The notes beneath the pieces were generated by a model, which did not search any database, had not been told where the DNA came from, and saw nothing but the letters and a program-made list of their open reading frames with translations. A program made the position numbers and the translations under genes. DNA of 64,000 nt from Candidatus Bipolaricaulota bacterium. Its GTDB lineage: Bacteria > Bipolaricaulota > Bipolaricaulia > UBA7950 > UBA9294. The first letter of the stretch is position 1, and every line of letters starts with the position of its first letter. Below, piece after piece: positions 17,867-26,924 of the stretch. The DNA lies in contig JANQEA010000035.1 in assembly GCA_028278555.1 (NCBI GenBank), positions 152,089-216,088 of the forward strand, given 5' to 3'.

Positions 17867-19096
17867 TCAGAACTCCCACTCTTCGGTGCTGAGCGTGAAG
17901 CCGCTGACGTGCTGTGGAATCGGGTCGTACAACAGCGATTCGCCTGTCCGGATCGCGTGCTCGCCGAAGCGATCTCGGATCCGATCGACTGCCTGATTCA
18001 GCCGCTCACGGCGCTGATCCTCTTGCAACAGAGGCCCGGGAAGACCGGCCTTATCCGTAAGGTTGCGAACTGAGACGCCAATCTGCGTGACCTCCTTCGG
18101 TTTCATGGGGATCTTCCGGAAGGCCGCCAGACAGGCTTGATAGATGCTGTCTCGATCATCGGTAGGCGATGCCAGTGTCACTTGTTTCCCGCGATACTCG
18201 GACGTGTCCGCACGAAACCACGCGTGGACTGTCCGCCCGACGTACCCGAGCCTTCGCAGCCGACGCGCAACCAGATCGCACAAGTTCAGAAGAACTCGAA
18301 GAGCACTCTCGATCTCGCGCAAGTCGGGCCGCAGGGTTCGCGAATGGCCGACCGATTTCGCCGCGGCAGGCTCGGTGTACGGAATCACAGGGTTCGGATC
18401 TCGGCCTTCCCCGACGGCCTTGAGGAATCGACCGTACGCCCCGAATTCGCCTTTCAGATAGGCTTCCGACGCCTTCCCCAGCTCGGCTAGGGTTCGGATC
18501 CCCGCTCTCGCCAACCGTGGTTCGATCCGATGCCCGATCCCGCAGAGCTCCCCGACGGACGTTTCGACCAACAGCTCCGGAATCTCCTCGTCGTCCAGGA
18601 AGCCGATCCCATCCGGCTTGTGTCGATATCCGATCAGCTTGGCAAAGGCCTTGCCCGAGGCAATTCCGATCGTCGCCGTGATGTACTCCCCCAGCTCATC
18701 GCGGAAGTCCGCCTTGATCTCACGCGCCATCGGGATCGGTCCCCCGCGGCGAGGCGCCTCCTGCGTGACGTCCATGAAGACCTCATCGACGCTGAAGACC
18801 TCGATCATTGGGGTGTAACGTTCCAGAATGACAAGGAATTCCTTGGTTGTTGAGAGGTAACGTTCGGCGCGGCCGGGAACGAGTACGAGGCTGGGACAGA
18901 GACGCCGCGCTTCCCAGACCGGCATCCCTGCGATCAATCCGTACTTCTTCGCTTCTCGCGATGCCGCGACGATGATCGACTTCTCCGTTGGGCGACCTGT
19001 GACGCCGATCGGTTTGCCCCGCAGGCTCGGATCATGCTGCTGTTCGACGGACGCGAAGTAGGAGTCCATGTCGAGATGCATGATCACACGTCGCAC
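17867..19096 (-). CDS. dinB: DNA polymerase IV (Y-family translesion polymerase)
   Basis: …IMHLDMDSYFASVEQQ… N-terminus, a palm/fingers/little-finger layout and a C-terminal beta-clamp-binding-like tail. The track 'M' at 19096 is a GTG codon. Confidence 0.9.
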   Translation of the reverse strand: MRRVIMHLDMDSYFASVEQQHDPSLRGKPIGVTGRPTEKSIIVAASREAKKYGLIAGMPVWEARRLCPSLVLVPGRAERYLSTTKEFLVILERYTPMIEVFSVDEVFMDVTQEAPRRGGPIPMAREIKADFRDELGEYITATIGIASGKAFAKLIGYRHKPDGIGFLDDEEIPELLVETSVGELCGIGHRIEPRLARAGIRTLAELGKASEAYLKGEFGAYGRFLKAVGEGRDPNPVIPYTEPAAAKSVGHSRTLRPDLREIESALRVLLNLCDLVARRLRRLGYVGRTVHAWFRADTSEYRGKQVTLASPTDDRDSIYQACLAAFRKIPMKPKEVTQIGVSVRNLTDKAGLPGPLLQEDQRRERLNQAVDRIRDRFGEHAIRTGESLLYDPIPQHVSGFTLSTEEWEF

Positions 19097-19269
19097 AGTG
19101 CCTCCCGATCGCTCCGTATGCCGATGTCTTCTCGCCCCTCATTGCGGCTGATCGACGCCGTCGGGGACGTTTCCCATCCCACAAGAATACCCTCCGCAAT
19201 CGTTGAGGGAATAGCGAGCGCGAAAACGAGTGCGGGACGGCGCGATCGGCCGTCCCGCGTGAGATGATT

Positions 19270-20910
19270 CTAGAGTTCGAGCGCCTGCCGCATCAGGCGC
19301 GGCGGGAGCGATCCTTGCGAGAGGAGGGTGTCGTGCATCTCGCGGAGGCTCGCGTCCGGATGCGCCTTCTTGTAGTCATCGATCAGATCGAGGATCTGGA
19401 GCTTCCCCATCAGATACGACTGGGGCTGCGTCGGCGTCTGCGTGTACCGCCGAACCTCGGCCGTCGCGTTTGCCGGCTCGAGCTGAACCTTCTCGACCAT
19501 GAAGTCGACCGCTTCCTGAACGGTCATTCCGCGGGTGTGAAGCGACACGTCGAGGATGATCCGCGCGGCACGCCAGAGCTGATCGTGAAGGCGTCCCAGC
19601 CGCTGGATCGGCTTGGCGATCCAGCCGAGCTGCTCCATCAGCTCTTCGCAGTAGAAGGCCCATCCCTCGATGAACAGCGTCGCCAGGAACGATCCCATCC
19701 GCCGCGGAATCGTTTCGGCTCGGTTCGCCCAGACGAGCTGCAAGTGATGCCCCGGATACGCCTCGTGGAGAGCGACAACGGGGAGCTTCACGTGGAAGTG
19801 CCCCTTCAGCTTCGCCTCCTTCTCCTCGTCCGACGCATTCGGATCGACCGGGGTGACGACGAAAATCCCATCCTGCTGTTCTTCGAAGATCCCGGCGTTC
19901 TGGTAGGCGGCGTAGGGGATGAGCGGGCGGATGTAGACGGGGGTCTCGATGATCTTGAGCGACTCGTCCTCGGGGATCGTGACGATCTCGTGATCGATCA
20001 CGTATTGCTTCGCACTCTCCATCGCCTCTTCGTACGCCCGGAGGAGTCCTTCGGCCGTCGGATGATCGTTCTTCGCTTCCTCGAGGAGCTCCTCGACCGA
20101 CTTCGTCGGATCGATCTCCTTCGCGACCTCCTCCATCTGCTTCTTGGTCAGCTCGAACTGCTCCCAGCCGACCTCGATCAATCGGTCGGCGTCGTAGTCG
20201 ACCATGTGGTTCTCGCGGAGGATCTCGTCGAAGAGTTCCTTCCCTACGGCGTACTCGCCTTCGGCGTTCGGGAGGACCTCGTCCCGGATGAACGCGACAT
20301 ACGCCTCCACGGCCTTCGCCGCCTCGGCGCCGACGGCGGCGATTTCCTCGGCGAGGTCGGGGGCCGCCTGCTGCGCAAGACCCGGCAGAAGCGCGCTGAA
20401 GAGCATCGGCGCCATCTGACCCTGTTCGAGTGCCGTCTCCGCCCAGACCCGCGGGACTTCGCTCGGTATGAGGACCGCCTTCGCCTCCTCGAGGACTCTC
20501 GGCACTTGGCGCGTCCGCTCGAGGGCCAGCTTCAACCGTTCGGGGAGCGGAGCGAAGTCCTTCATGAGAAGGAGGATCACGCTCCCGGTGGTCGCATCCA
20601 GGTATTGACCCGGGTTCCGGAACTGACCGCGCTGCTTCTCGTAGCCGCGGACGAAGCCTTTGAAGATCTGCGTCATCAGCGTGTGATCGACGACGGCATC
20701 GTTCGGCCAACCCGTTGTCTCCATCGCGCCCAGCTCGGTTAGGATCTCATGAATCTCTCCGTTCTGTGCATCCTGAGCCGCGCGTGTGAAATCGCCGAGT
20801 CGATCGTCGAAGCGATGATCTCCGAGTTGCGTCGCCGCGATCGGATTCAGCTCCATCAGCCGTTCGATCCAGGCGTCGGAGCGGTCGTAGAAGTGCTTCG
20901 GGTCCGTCAC
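19270..20910 (-). CDS. DUF885-family protein (HEXXH-like HEAYPGHH metallo-motif)
   Basis: 546 aa containing …LHEAYPGHHLQL…. A hairpin at about 19238-19262 downstream is a likely terminator. Confidence 0.8.
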   Translation of the reverse strand: MTDPKHFYDRSDAWIERLMELNPIAATQLGDHRFDDRLGDFTRAAQDAQNGEIHEILTELGAMETTGWPNDAVVDHTLMTQIFKGFVRGYEKQRGQFRNPGQYLDATTGSVILLLMKDFAPLPERLKLALERTRQVPRVLEEAKAVLIPSEVPRVWAETALEQGQMAPMLFSALLPGLAQQAAPDLAEEIAAVGAEAAKAVEAYVAFIRDEVLPNAEGEYAVGKELFDEILRENHMVDYDADRLIEVGWEQFELTKKQMEEVAKEIDPTKSVEELLEEAKNDHPTAEGLLRAYEEAMESAKQYVIDHEIVTIPEDESLKIIETPVYIRPLIPYAAYQNAGIFEEQQDGIFVVTPVDPNASDEEKEAKLKGHFHVKLPVVALHEAYPGHHLQLVWANRAETIPRRMGSFLATLFIEGWAFYCEELMEQLGWIAKPIQRLGRLHDQLWRAARIILDVSLHTRGMTVQEAVDFMVEKVQLEPANATAEVRRYTQTPTQPQSYLMGKLQILDLIDDYKKAHPDASLREMHDTLLSQGSLPPRLMRQALEL

Positions 20911-20975
20911 GTCCCAACCTCCTTCTGATTCCTCATTTACATCTGTTTGTCGCAGCTCCGAAGCGTTCGGTTCAG

Positions 20976-21533
20976 CTAGACCTGATAACCGCTGATCTCA
21001 TCCTCCGTCGCCTCGACCCCGAGCCCGAGAACGATCCGGTTGACGAAGTTGAAGTAGGCGACAATCAGGGCGATTGAGAGGATGTCTTCATCGGAGAAGC
21101 CCGCTGTGCGGAGGGACTCGATGTCCTCCTCGATGACGTTCTCCGGGGTCTCGGTCAGCTTCTGCGCGTACTCGAGCGCGACCGTCATTTTCGGGCCGAC
21201 GTCGACCGCCTCGCGATCCTCGACGAAGCGGGCGAGACGTTCCGGATCGCGCCAGTAGTGTCCGAGCGCTTCGGCGTGATGGCGGATGCAATACGGACAG
21301 CGATTCGACGTCGAGACGACGACGGCGATCATCTCGCGCTCCTCGCGGGAGAGGTCGGACCGCGAGAACATCGTCGCCAGGTAGAGATCCATGTGCGCCG
21401 TCATCGCCTCCGGCCGAAGGCTGTGGACGGCCATGATGTTCGACAGCTTCCCGCGCTTCCCCTTGACCCTCTCGAACGCAGCGCGTAGTTCGTCGTCCGC
21501 CTCGTCTTCACCGATCACGCGGATCCAGGCCAT
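20976..21533 (-). CDS. Carboxymuconolactone decarboxylase / AhpD-like peroxidase-family protein
   Basis: CxxC-H core (SNRCPYCIRHHAEALG). Start moved to the ATG at 21533 (MAWIRV…), which has GGAGG 5 nt upstream. Confidence 0.8.
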   Translation of the reverse strand: MAWIRVIGEDEADDELRAAFERVKGKRGKLSNIMAVHSLRPEAMTAHMDLYLATMFSRSDLSREEREMIAVVVSTSNRCPYCIRHHAEALGHYWRDPERLARFVEDREAVDVGPKMTVALEYAQKLTETPENVIEEDIESLRTAGFSDEDILSIALIVAYFNFVNRIVLGLGVEATEDEISGYQV

Positions 21534-21622
21534 CGATGCCTCCTCAGTCTGGCAGAATGGTCCGATCATATCCCGCCTCTTAGTGCGCATCAGCCGCTAT
21601 CGATCTCGCTCGCTCGATAGCC

Positions 21623-21650
21623 TTGACAATCGAATTCCGGAGCGTATACT
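21623..21650 (+). promoter_or_regulatory. Near-consensus sigma70-type promoter
   Basis: TTGACA (21623-21628), a 16-nt spacer, then TATACT (21645-21650), about 40 nt upstream of the 21693 ATG (GGGAGAG SD). Confidence 0.5.
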
Positions 21651-21654
21651 GCAG

Positions 21655-21677
21655 AGTACTTTGCGCTGCAAAGTACT
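21655..21677 (+). promoter_or_regulatory. Perfect inverted repeat AGTACTTTGC-gct-GCAAAGTACT (candidate operator)
   Basis: Perfect 10-bp arms with a 3-bp spacer, lying between the -10 element and the RBS. It is a likely binding site for the winged-helix regulator encoded at the end of the operon. Confidence 0.5.
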
Positions 21678-21692
21678 TGACGGGAGAGAACT

Positions 21693-22352
21693 ATGAACCA
21701 ACTGAGTCTTCGAAACATCGAGCGCAAGAGCTGGCAAAGCACGATGGGCGGCGGGGTGATCGAGATCATGTTCGGGATCATGATGTTCGCCGGCGCGACG
21801 TCGTATCTCGTCTCCGATCTCGGCGCGCCATCCGCTGCGAGCACCGCTACGTTGATCGCCCTTCACGCCGTGGCGCTTCTATTGATGCTTTGGCTGCGGA
21901 AGCGATACGTCCTTCCGCGGGTCGGGCGGGCCGCCTTCTCGGCGAACCGAAAGCGGCGTCTCCATCGCATGCGGATCCTTCTGGGGATTTGCGTCGCGGT
22001 GACGGTCGCGCTCGTCGTGCTGACGGTCCTCGCAACGCGGACCGGGACCTCTCTCCTCGGGCCCGTTTCGGCCGCTCCCGTGGTTGCCGTCGTTGCCGTG
22101 ATCGTTCTCGTGCCGCTCGGCGCGCTCGCGATCTTCCTCGACTACCCTCGATTCCTCCTTCTTGGCGGATTGGTCGTCGGGGCGGAGGCGATCCTCGCGC
22201 TGCTCGACAAGTACGGTTCGCCGCCGTTCGACCGGACACTCGTCTTCGGCTCGATCGGCCTGATCAGTCTGATCCTCGGGTTGGTCATCTTCGCTCGCTT
22301 CCTCCGCCGCGTACCACGACCCGAACACGAGGTGATCGATCATGCCGGCTAG
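21693..22352 (+). CDS. Polytopic membrane protein, paralog A (unknown function)
   Basis: 219 aa with about 5-6 TM helices. It shares a motif (LPRVGRAAFSANRKRRL versus VPRIGHATFRGRRKRSL) and topology with the next gene. Confidence 0.6.
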   Translation: MNQLSLRNIERKSWQSTMGGGVIEIMFGIMMFAGATSYLVSDLGAPSAASTATLIALHAVALLLMLWLRKRYVLPRVGRAAFSANRKRRLHRMRILLGICVAVTVALVVLTVLATRTGTSLLGPVSAAPVVAVVAVIVLVPLGALAIFLDYPRFLLLGGLVVGAEAILALLDKYGSPPFDRTLVFGSIGLISLILGLVIFARFLRRVPRPEHEVIDHAG

Positions 22353-22971
22353 TCCGGGATTGAGGGAACTCGAGCGGCGCGTCTGGCTGCGGACATTCGA
22401 ACACGGGCTCTGGGACGTCGCCATCGGCCTGCTGTTACTGGCGTTCGGGATCGGCATCCTGACGGAGTTCTACTGGCTCTCCGCCATCATCGTTCCGGTC
22501 AGCCTGCCTGCGATGCGAGACCTTGCCCGACGGGCGATTGTCCCGAGGATCGGGCACGCGACGTTCCGCGGGCGGCGAAAGAGGAGCCTTGTTCACGTTC
22601 AGCTGATCCTGACCGGCCTCGCCGTCGCCGGTGCCGGGATGTTCGCGTTCACGAGCTTCGCGTCACGGGGGACGGCGCCCGACTGGATGCTCTGGATACG
22701 GTCTCACTTCATCGTCGTCATCGGGCTGATCTGGGGCGGGGCACTCGGCGTCGCCGGGTGGACCGTCGATTTTCCCCGTCTCTACGCGTACGGCGCGATC
22801 CTCTTCGGAGCTCTGCTCGCCGTCGACCTCATCCCATCCGGCTACCACCTTGCCCACGCGCTGATCGCCGTCGGCGGACTGATCGCGCTCGTCGGGGCCG
22901 CGCTGTTCATCCGCTTCACCCGTCGGTATCCGCGTCACCCCAAACCGCTCGAAGGAGCGGCCGATGACTGA
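22342..22971 (+). CDS. Polytopic membrane protein, paralog B (unknown function)
   Basis: 209 aa. It overlaps the upstream gene by 11 nt and the downstream regulator gene by 8 nt. Confidence 0.6.
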   Translation: MPASPGLRELERRVWLRTFEHGLWDVAIGLLLLAFGIGILTEFYWLSAIIVPVSLPAMRDLARRAIVPRIGHATFRGRRKRSLVHVQLILTGLAVAGAGMFAFTSFASRGTAPDWMLWIRSHFIVVIGLIWGGALGVAGWTVDFPRLYAYGAILFGALLAVDLIPSGYHLAHALIAVGGLIALVGAALFIRFTRRYPRHPKPLEGAADD

Positions 22972-23284
22972 GGCGGAGCGCGACGATGCCCGCGGCCTGC
23001 AGATCGACCGCGCGATTCACGAGCCAGCACGCCTGCTGATCACCGCCCACCTCTACGTCGTCGAATCGGCCGACTACGTGTTCCTGATGGGGAACACCGG
23101 CCTGACATGGGGAAACCTCTCGTCGCACCTCTCCAAATTGGAGGCCACCGGCTACGTCGAGATCACCAAGGAGTTCGTCGAGAAGAAACCGCACACGATG
23201 GTCAAGCTGACGGAAGAAGGCCGGACGGCGTTCGACACCTATCGCCGCCAGATGAAGGCCCTGTTCGAGGATCTCCCGGACTGA
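22964..23284 (+). CDS. Small winged-helix transcriptional regulator (HTH_34/ArsR-MarR-like)
   Basis: 106 aa containing …LMGNTGLTWGNLSSHLSKLEATGYVEITKEFVEKKPHTMVKLTEEGRTAF…. Confidence 0.75.
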   Translation: MTEAERDDARGLQIDRAIHEPARLLITAHLYVVESADYVFLMGNTGLTWGNLSSHLSKLEATGYVEITKEFVEKKPHTMVKLTEEGRTAFDTYRRQMKALFEDLPD

Positions 23285-23316
23285 CAAGCGCAACCACCCG
23301 ATGGAGGAGGTGACCT

Positions 23317-23400
23317 ATGGAAGGAACCACGTGGATCCTGATCGGCCTCGGCGTTCTCGCCGTGATCGGCGCGATTATCCTCCTGTCACAGGCGAAGTAG
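23317..23400 (+). CDS. Candidate 27-aa single-pass membrane peptide (MEGTTWILIGLGVLAVIGAIILLSQAK)
   Basis: A GGAGGAGG SD lies 6 nt upstream of the ATG, and third codon positions are G/C-rich. It is too short for the ORF track. Track ORF 23301..23537 is an alternative reading in another frame with an R-rich composition typical of wrong-frame high-GC sequence. Confidence 0.3.
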   Translation: MEGTTWILIGLGVLAVIGAIILLSQAK

Positions 23401-23729
23401 AACATCTGGTCCGCCCGGTCGTTCTTCTTACGGCCGGGCATCTGTTTCCTCGACCGGATCGGCAATCCGAGATCGACGGCCAGGCTTCCGGACAGAAGGA
23501 CGGCGTCGATCACCCGGCTGAAGCTACCGGAACGTAAGCTTCACGGAACCGAGGTCGACTCGGACTCTCCAGCCTGTAGCCCCTATCGTGATGTACACAA
23601 CGACGTTCATGTCCCTCCTTGCACATCCAAGCGGTTCTCAGGACTGGCTCGTGAAGGTCGCATGCCGATTGCAGTGTAAGACCCAACCCTAATTCCGCGT
23701 AGCTCGTCTGTTCACATGAATGCTCAGAT

Positions 23730-23759
23730 TTGACATTCACAGAACTTCCATGATATACG
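23730..23759 (+). promoter_or_regulatory. Candidate promoter for the glycine-rich protein gene
   Basis: TTGACA (23730-23735), an 18-nt spacer, then TATACG, within a ~390-nt AT-rich intergenic region. Confidence 0.35.
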
Positions 23760-23791
23760 GTCCCTGATTTCGACTATGGGAGATGGTTCAA

Positions 23792-25789
23792 ATGTCGAAA
23801 CTCGGGAAACGCATCTGCGTTGTGTGCGCGATCATCCTTGTGGCAGCTGTTGCTATGACCTGCGTTGCGCAGGAGTACGGAAAGGATAACCCACAAGCGT
23901 GGGGCGGATACCCTGAGGGATACAAGTTTGGTGCTGATGGAACCCAGCCGGATCATCCTGACGGATACGACGGCTGGCCAGCAGACCATCCCAACAATCC
24001 CAACAAGGGCTACGCCGGCAAAGGCGGCAAGGGCGCGGACGCGACTAAAGAAGGCCACGCAGCTGGGAATGGAGGGAAGGGTGGTGCTGGACCAAAGAAT
24101 GATGATGGCCCCCTTAATTCCTGGAACGGCGGCAAAGGCGGAGCCGGCGGAGGCAGCTCAGTTCCGGGAATACGCGGTGGAAATGGCGGCAAAGGCGGCG
24201 ATTCCACACACGGAGCCGGAGGCGATGGCGGCAATGGCGGCGATGGCGGCGAGGACGATGTGACGGTGAAGCACTCCGCCGGCGGTAACGGCGGCAAAGG
24301 CGGAGACAGCGTCAACGGTAACGGCGGCAAGGGCGGAGACGCTGGGAAGGGTAGCGACAGTGCGCCCGGCGGAAACGGCGGCGACGGAGGCACCAGCATT
24401 CATAAGACAGGAGGAGCGGGGGGTGACGGCGGCGACGGCGGCAGCAATGGCGAGGGTGGCAACGGAGGAAGTGGCGGTCACACGAGACATGGGACGGGCG
24501 GACCGGGCGGCAATGGCGGAAACGGCGGCGCGAGCAAGATTCCAGGACAGAAGGGAAAGACGGGAGGTGAGGGCGGCGATGGCGGCAATGGGTATGTCGG
24601 CGGTCCCTGCGACAAGGTAGGTAACGGGGCCGGAGGCAAGGGCGGACAAGGCGGGCAAGGCGGCGCGGGTTACTCTGGCGACGATGAGAACGACGCAACG
24701 GGCGGCGGGGATGGTGGGAAAGGCGGGGCCGGAGGAAATGCCGGAGACGGGGAAGATGCATCCGCGGGCAATGGCGGGGATGGTGGGAAAGGCGGCACAG
24801 CGAACAAGAAACCTGCAATTGGGGGCACTGGCGGGAAGGGTGGCAAGGGCGGCCGCTCTGGGCTCGGCAACAAAGGCGGCACTGGCGGAAAGGGTGGACC
24901 AGGAGGAGATGGACCAGACAAGCATGGCGGAGAAGGCGGGGCTCCTGGTGAAGGCGGAGACTATTCCCCATCTGGCCCCATGAAGCCTGGCAAAGGAGGC
25001 ATGGGTGGCAGCGGCGGAAAGGGAAGCCCCGAAAAAAAGGATCGAAGTCGTGAGAGAGGTGCCTCCGGCTCTTGTGTGAGATACGTCTGCCTTCCCTTCT
25101 CAGGTTTCGGATGGGAACGGGCTTGGACCTCGGACACTGATCGGGCCGAGTGTGTTGGCTTGGGCCTTTGCTGCGTCGGCCTAGATGTGGGCGTCGAAGT
25201 CGTGACAGTCGACCATGCCGGAATGCTGTCCGACATCATAGATCTCACACCACTGCTAGGCTGGTGGAGCAGCGAGTCGTACTCCCCGATGATCGGCGTG
25301 GCCATCACTGCGCTTCTCCCGGAATGCGGAACCGGGCTACCTCTTGTCGACATAGCCTATGGCTCGGCCAGCATCCCTGTGAGTGGTCACGCCGAGTGGA
25401 TCCTCGAAGATTCCGATTATGGACTCGCGGAGATCCAGGGCATCCTTGGCATAACCCGTGCGTCCTTGGGATTCGGGATGCGCATCGGTGCACTCTGCGA
25501 ATGCCCTGTGCTGACACCGTACGTCGACCTCAAAGCGGGAATCGCACAGTCGTGGTTAGAGTTCGAGGATGTCCAATCCGGGATGGATTCGGTAGATCTG
25601 CGGACACTGCTAGAAACTAACACAAGTGCTATCACACAGTACTACGTGCAAGCTTCCATGGGAGCCTCGTTCTCACTCGGTCCACAGCTTGACCTTCGTC
25701 TTGTCGGGACTGGAAGGATCTCGGGGGGAGCGGATCAATCAACCCATTTCGAGTTCGGGGGAAGTCTGTCACTGGGGCTCCGCTTCTAG
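23792..25789 (+). CDS. Secreted glycine-rich repeat protein (PGRS-like GGxGGxGG modules) with a C-terminal beta-barrel-like domain ending in Phe
   Basis: Start moved to the ATG at 23792 (MSKLGKR…), which has GGGAGA 8 nt upstream. Signal peptide RICVVCAIILVAAVAMTCVAQE. About 300 aa of GGNGGKGGD / GGDGGNGG modules. A Cys-rich linker precedes a ~200-aa C-terminus of amphipathic beta-strands ending …FGGSLSLGLRF. Confidence 0.75.
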   Translation: MSKLGKRICVVCAIILVAAVAMTCVAQEYGKDNPQAWGGYPEGYKFGADGTQPDHPDGYDGWPADHPNNPNKGYAGKGGKGADATKEGHAAGNGGKGGAGPKNDDGPLNSWNGGKGGAGGGSSVPGIRGGNGGKGGDSTHGAGGDGGNGGDGGEDDVTVKHSAGGNGGKGGDSVNGNGGKGGDAGKGSDSAPGGNGGDGGTSIHKTGGAGGDGGDGGSNGEGGNGGSGGHTRHGTGGPGGNGGNGGASKIPGQKGKTGGEGGDGGNGYVGGPCDKVGNGAGGKGGQGGQGGAGYSGDDENDATGGGDGGKGGAGGNAGDGEDASAGNGGDGGKGGTANKKPAIGGTGGKGGKGGRSGLGNKGGTGGKGGPGGDGPDKHGGEGGAPGEGGDYSPSGPMKPGKGGMGGSGGKGSPEKKDRSRERGASGSCVRYVCLPFSGFGWERAWTSDTDRAECVGLGLCCVGLDVGVEVVTVDHAGMLSDIIDLTPLLGWWSSESYSPMIGVAITALLPECGTGLPLVDIAYGSASIPVSGHAEWILEDSDYGLAEIQGILGITRASLGFGMRIGALCECPVLTPYVDLKAGIAQSWLEFEDVQSGMDSVDLRTLLETNTSAITQYYVQASMGASFSLGPQLDLRLVGTGRISGGADQSTHFEFGGSLSLGLRF

Positions 25790-25976
25790 AGTCTTGAGTT
25801 GGGAGGGTCTCAGAGGTACAGGCACAAGTTCCCGGAAGCCAAGCCTGTGGCTACTGGTGAAGGTGGCCCAGGGCCGATGACGCAATACGCCGGAGGTTCA
25901 GTCATTGCATTCATGATGGGCCACTTGTCTTGGCGGCTGGACTCCCGCCGCCAGAATTCGCGCAACGTGAACTGCG

Positions 25977-26924
25977 CTACTTGTACCGAATTCTCGGATT
26001 GACGGCGGCGTAGAGGATGTCGGCGAGCAGGTTGGCGAAGACAACGCCGATGACGACGACGATCGCGATCGCCTGGAGGAGCGGGAAGTCGCGCCGGTCG
26101 ATCGCGAAGAGGAGCAGCCGGCCGAGCCCCGGGTAGTTGAAGACGTTCTCGATGACGATGATCCCGCCGATCAGCCAGCCGAAGCTGATCGCGATCACCG
26201 TGATCGTCGGGAGGAGGGCGTTCCGCAGAACGTGCTTGAAGACGACGATCCACCTCGGGAGCCCTTTCAAGACGGCCGTCCGCACGTATGGCCGACGCAT
26301 CTGCTCAGCAACCTCGGCGCGGGTCAGCCGCGCGATGTACGCGAGGAGGACGAACGTCGCCGTCAGCGACGGGAGGATGAGGAACGGAAGCGCCTCCCAG
26401 AAGCCGGTCCCCGGCGCGATCGGCGAGCTCGCCGGGAGGAGATCGAGCCGGTGCGCGAGAAGCTCGATCAGCAGGACGCCGGTGACGAACTCGGGGAGAC
26501 CGACAACCGCCAGGCTTCCGAGGCTGATCACGTGATCGGCGATCCCGTGCTCCCGGAGTCCGGCCCAGACGCCGAGGACGACGGAGAGCGGCACGGCGAG
26601 GACGAGGGCGACGACTGCAAGCATCAGCGAATTGCGGAGCCGTTCGACGACAAGCGGTCGAACCGGAAGATCGGTCCCGAATGACGTCCCCCAGTCGCCG
26701 CGGACGAACCGTCCAAGCCACGACCCGTACTGCACGATCGCCGGTCGATTGAGGCCGAGCTCTTCGCGGAGCGCGGCGACCGCTTCCTCGCCGGCTTCGC
26801 GCCCGAGGATCACCCGCGCGACGTCCCCGGGAAGGAACTGTGTCGCCGCGAAGATCAACGCCGACGTCAACAGAAGCGTCAGCAGAAGGAAGCCGAGCCG
26901 CTGGATCAGAAGGCGTCCCATCAT
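25977..26924 (-). CDS. ABC transporter permease (DppB/OppB type)
   Basis: 315 aa with 6 TM helices and the binding-protein-dependent transport signature region. Confidence 0.9.
   Translation of the reverse strand: MMGRLLIQRLGFLLLTLLLTSALIFAATQFLPGDVARVILGREAGEEAVAALREELGLNRPAIVQYGSWLGRFVRGDWGTSFGTDLPVRPLVVERLRNSLMLAVVALVLAVPLSVVLGVWAGLREHGIADHVISLGSLAVVGLPEFVTGVLLIELLAHRLDLLPASSPIAPGTGFWEALPFLILPSLTATFVLLAYIARLTRAEVAEQMRRPYVRTAVLKGLPRWIVVFKHVLRNALLPTITVIAISFGWLIGGIIVIENVFNYPGLGRLLLFAIDRRDFPLLQAIAIVVVIGVVFANLLADILYAAVNPRIRYK

Noticed and set aside
19264-20742. 492-aa plus ORF and 444-aa alternate-frame minus ORF
   Set aside because: They are shadow frames of the DUF885 gene. Only frame 19270..20910 (−) has a coherent protein sequence.
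24010-24971. Four long minus-strand ORFs (up to 255 aa) inside the glycine-rich gene
   Set aside because: They are artefacts of the GGN/GGC repeat. Its reverse complement reads as Pro/Ala/Ser-rich open frames. They have no start context, and the sense gene has a signal peptide and structured termini.
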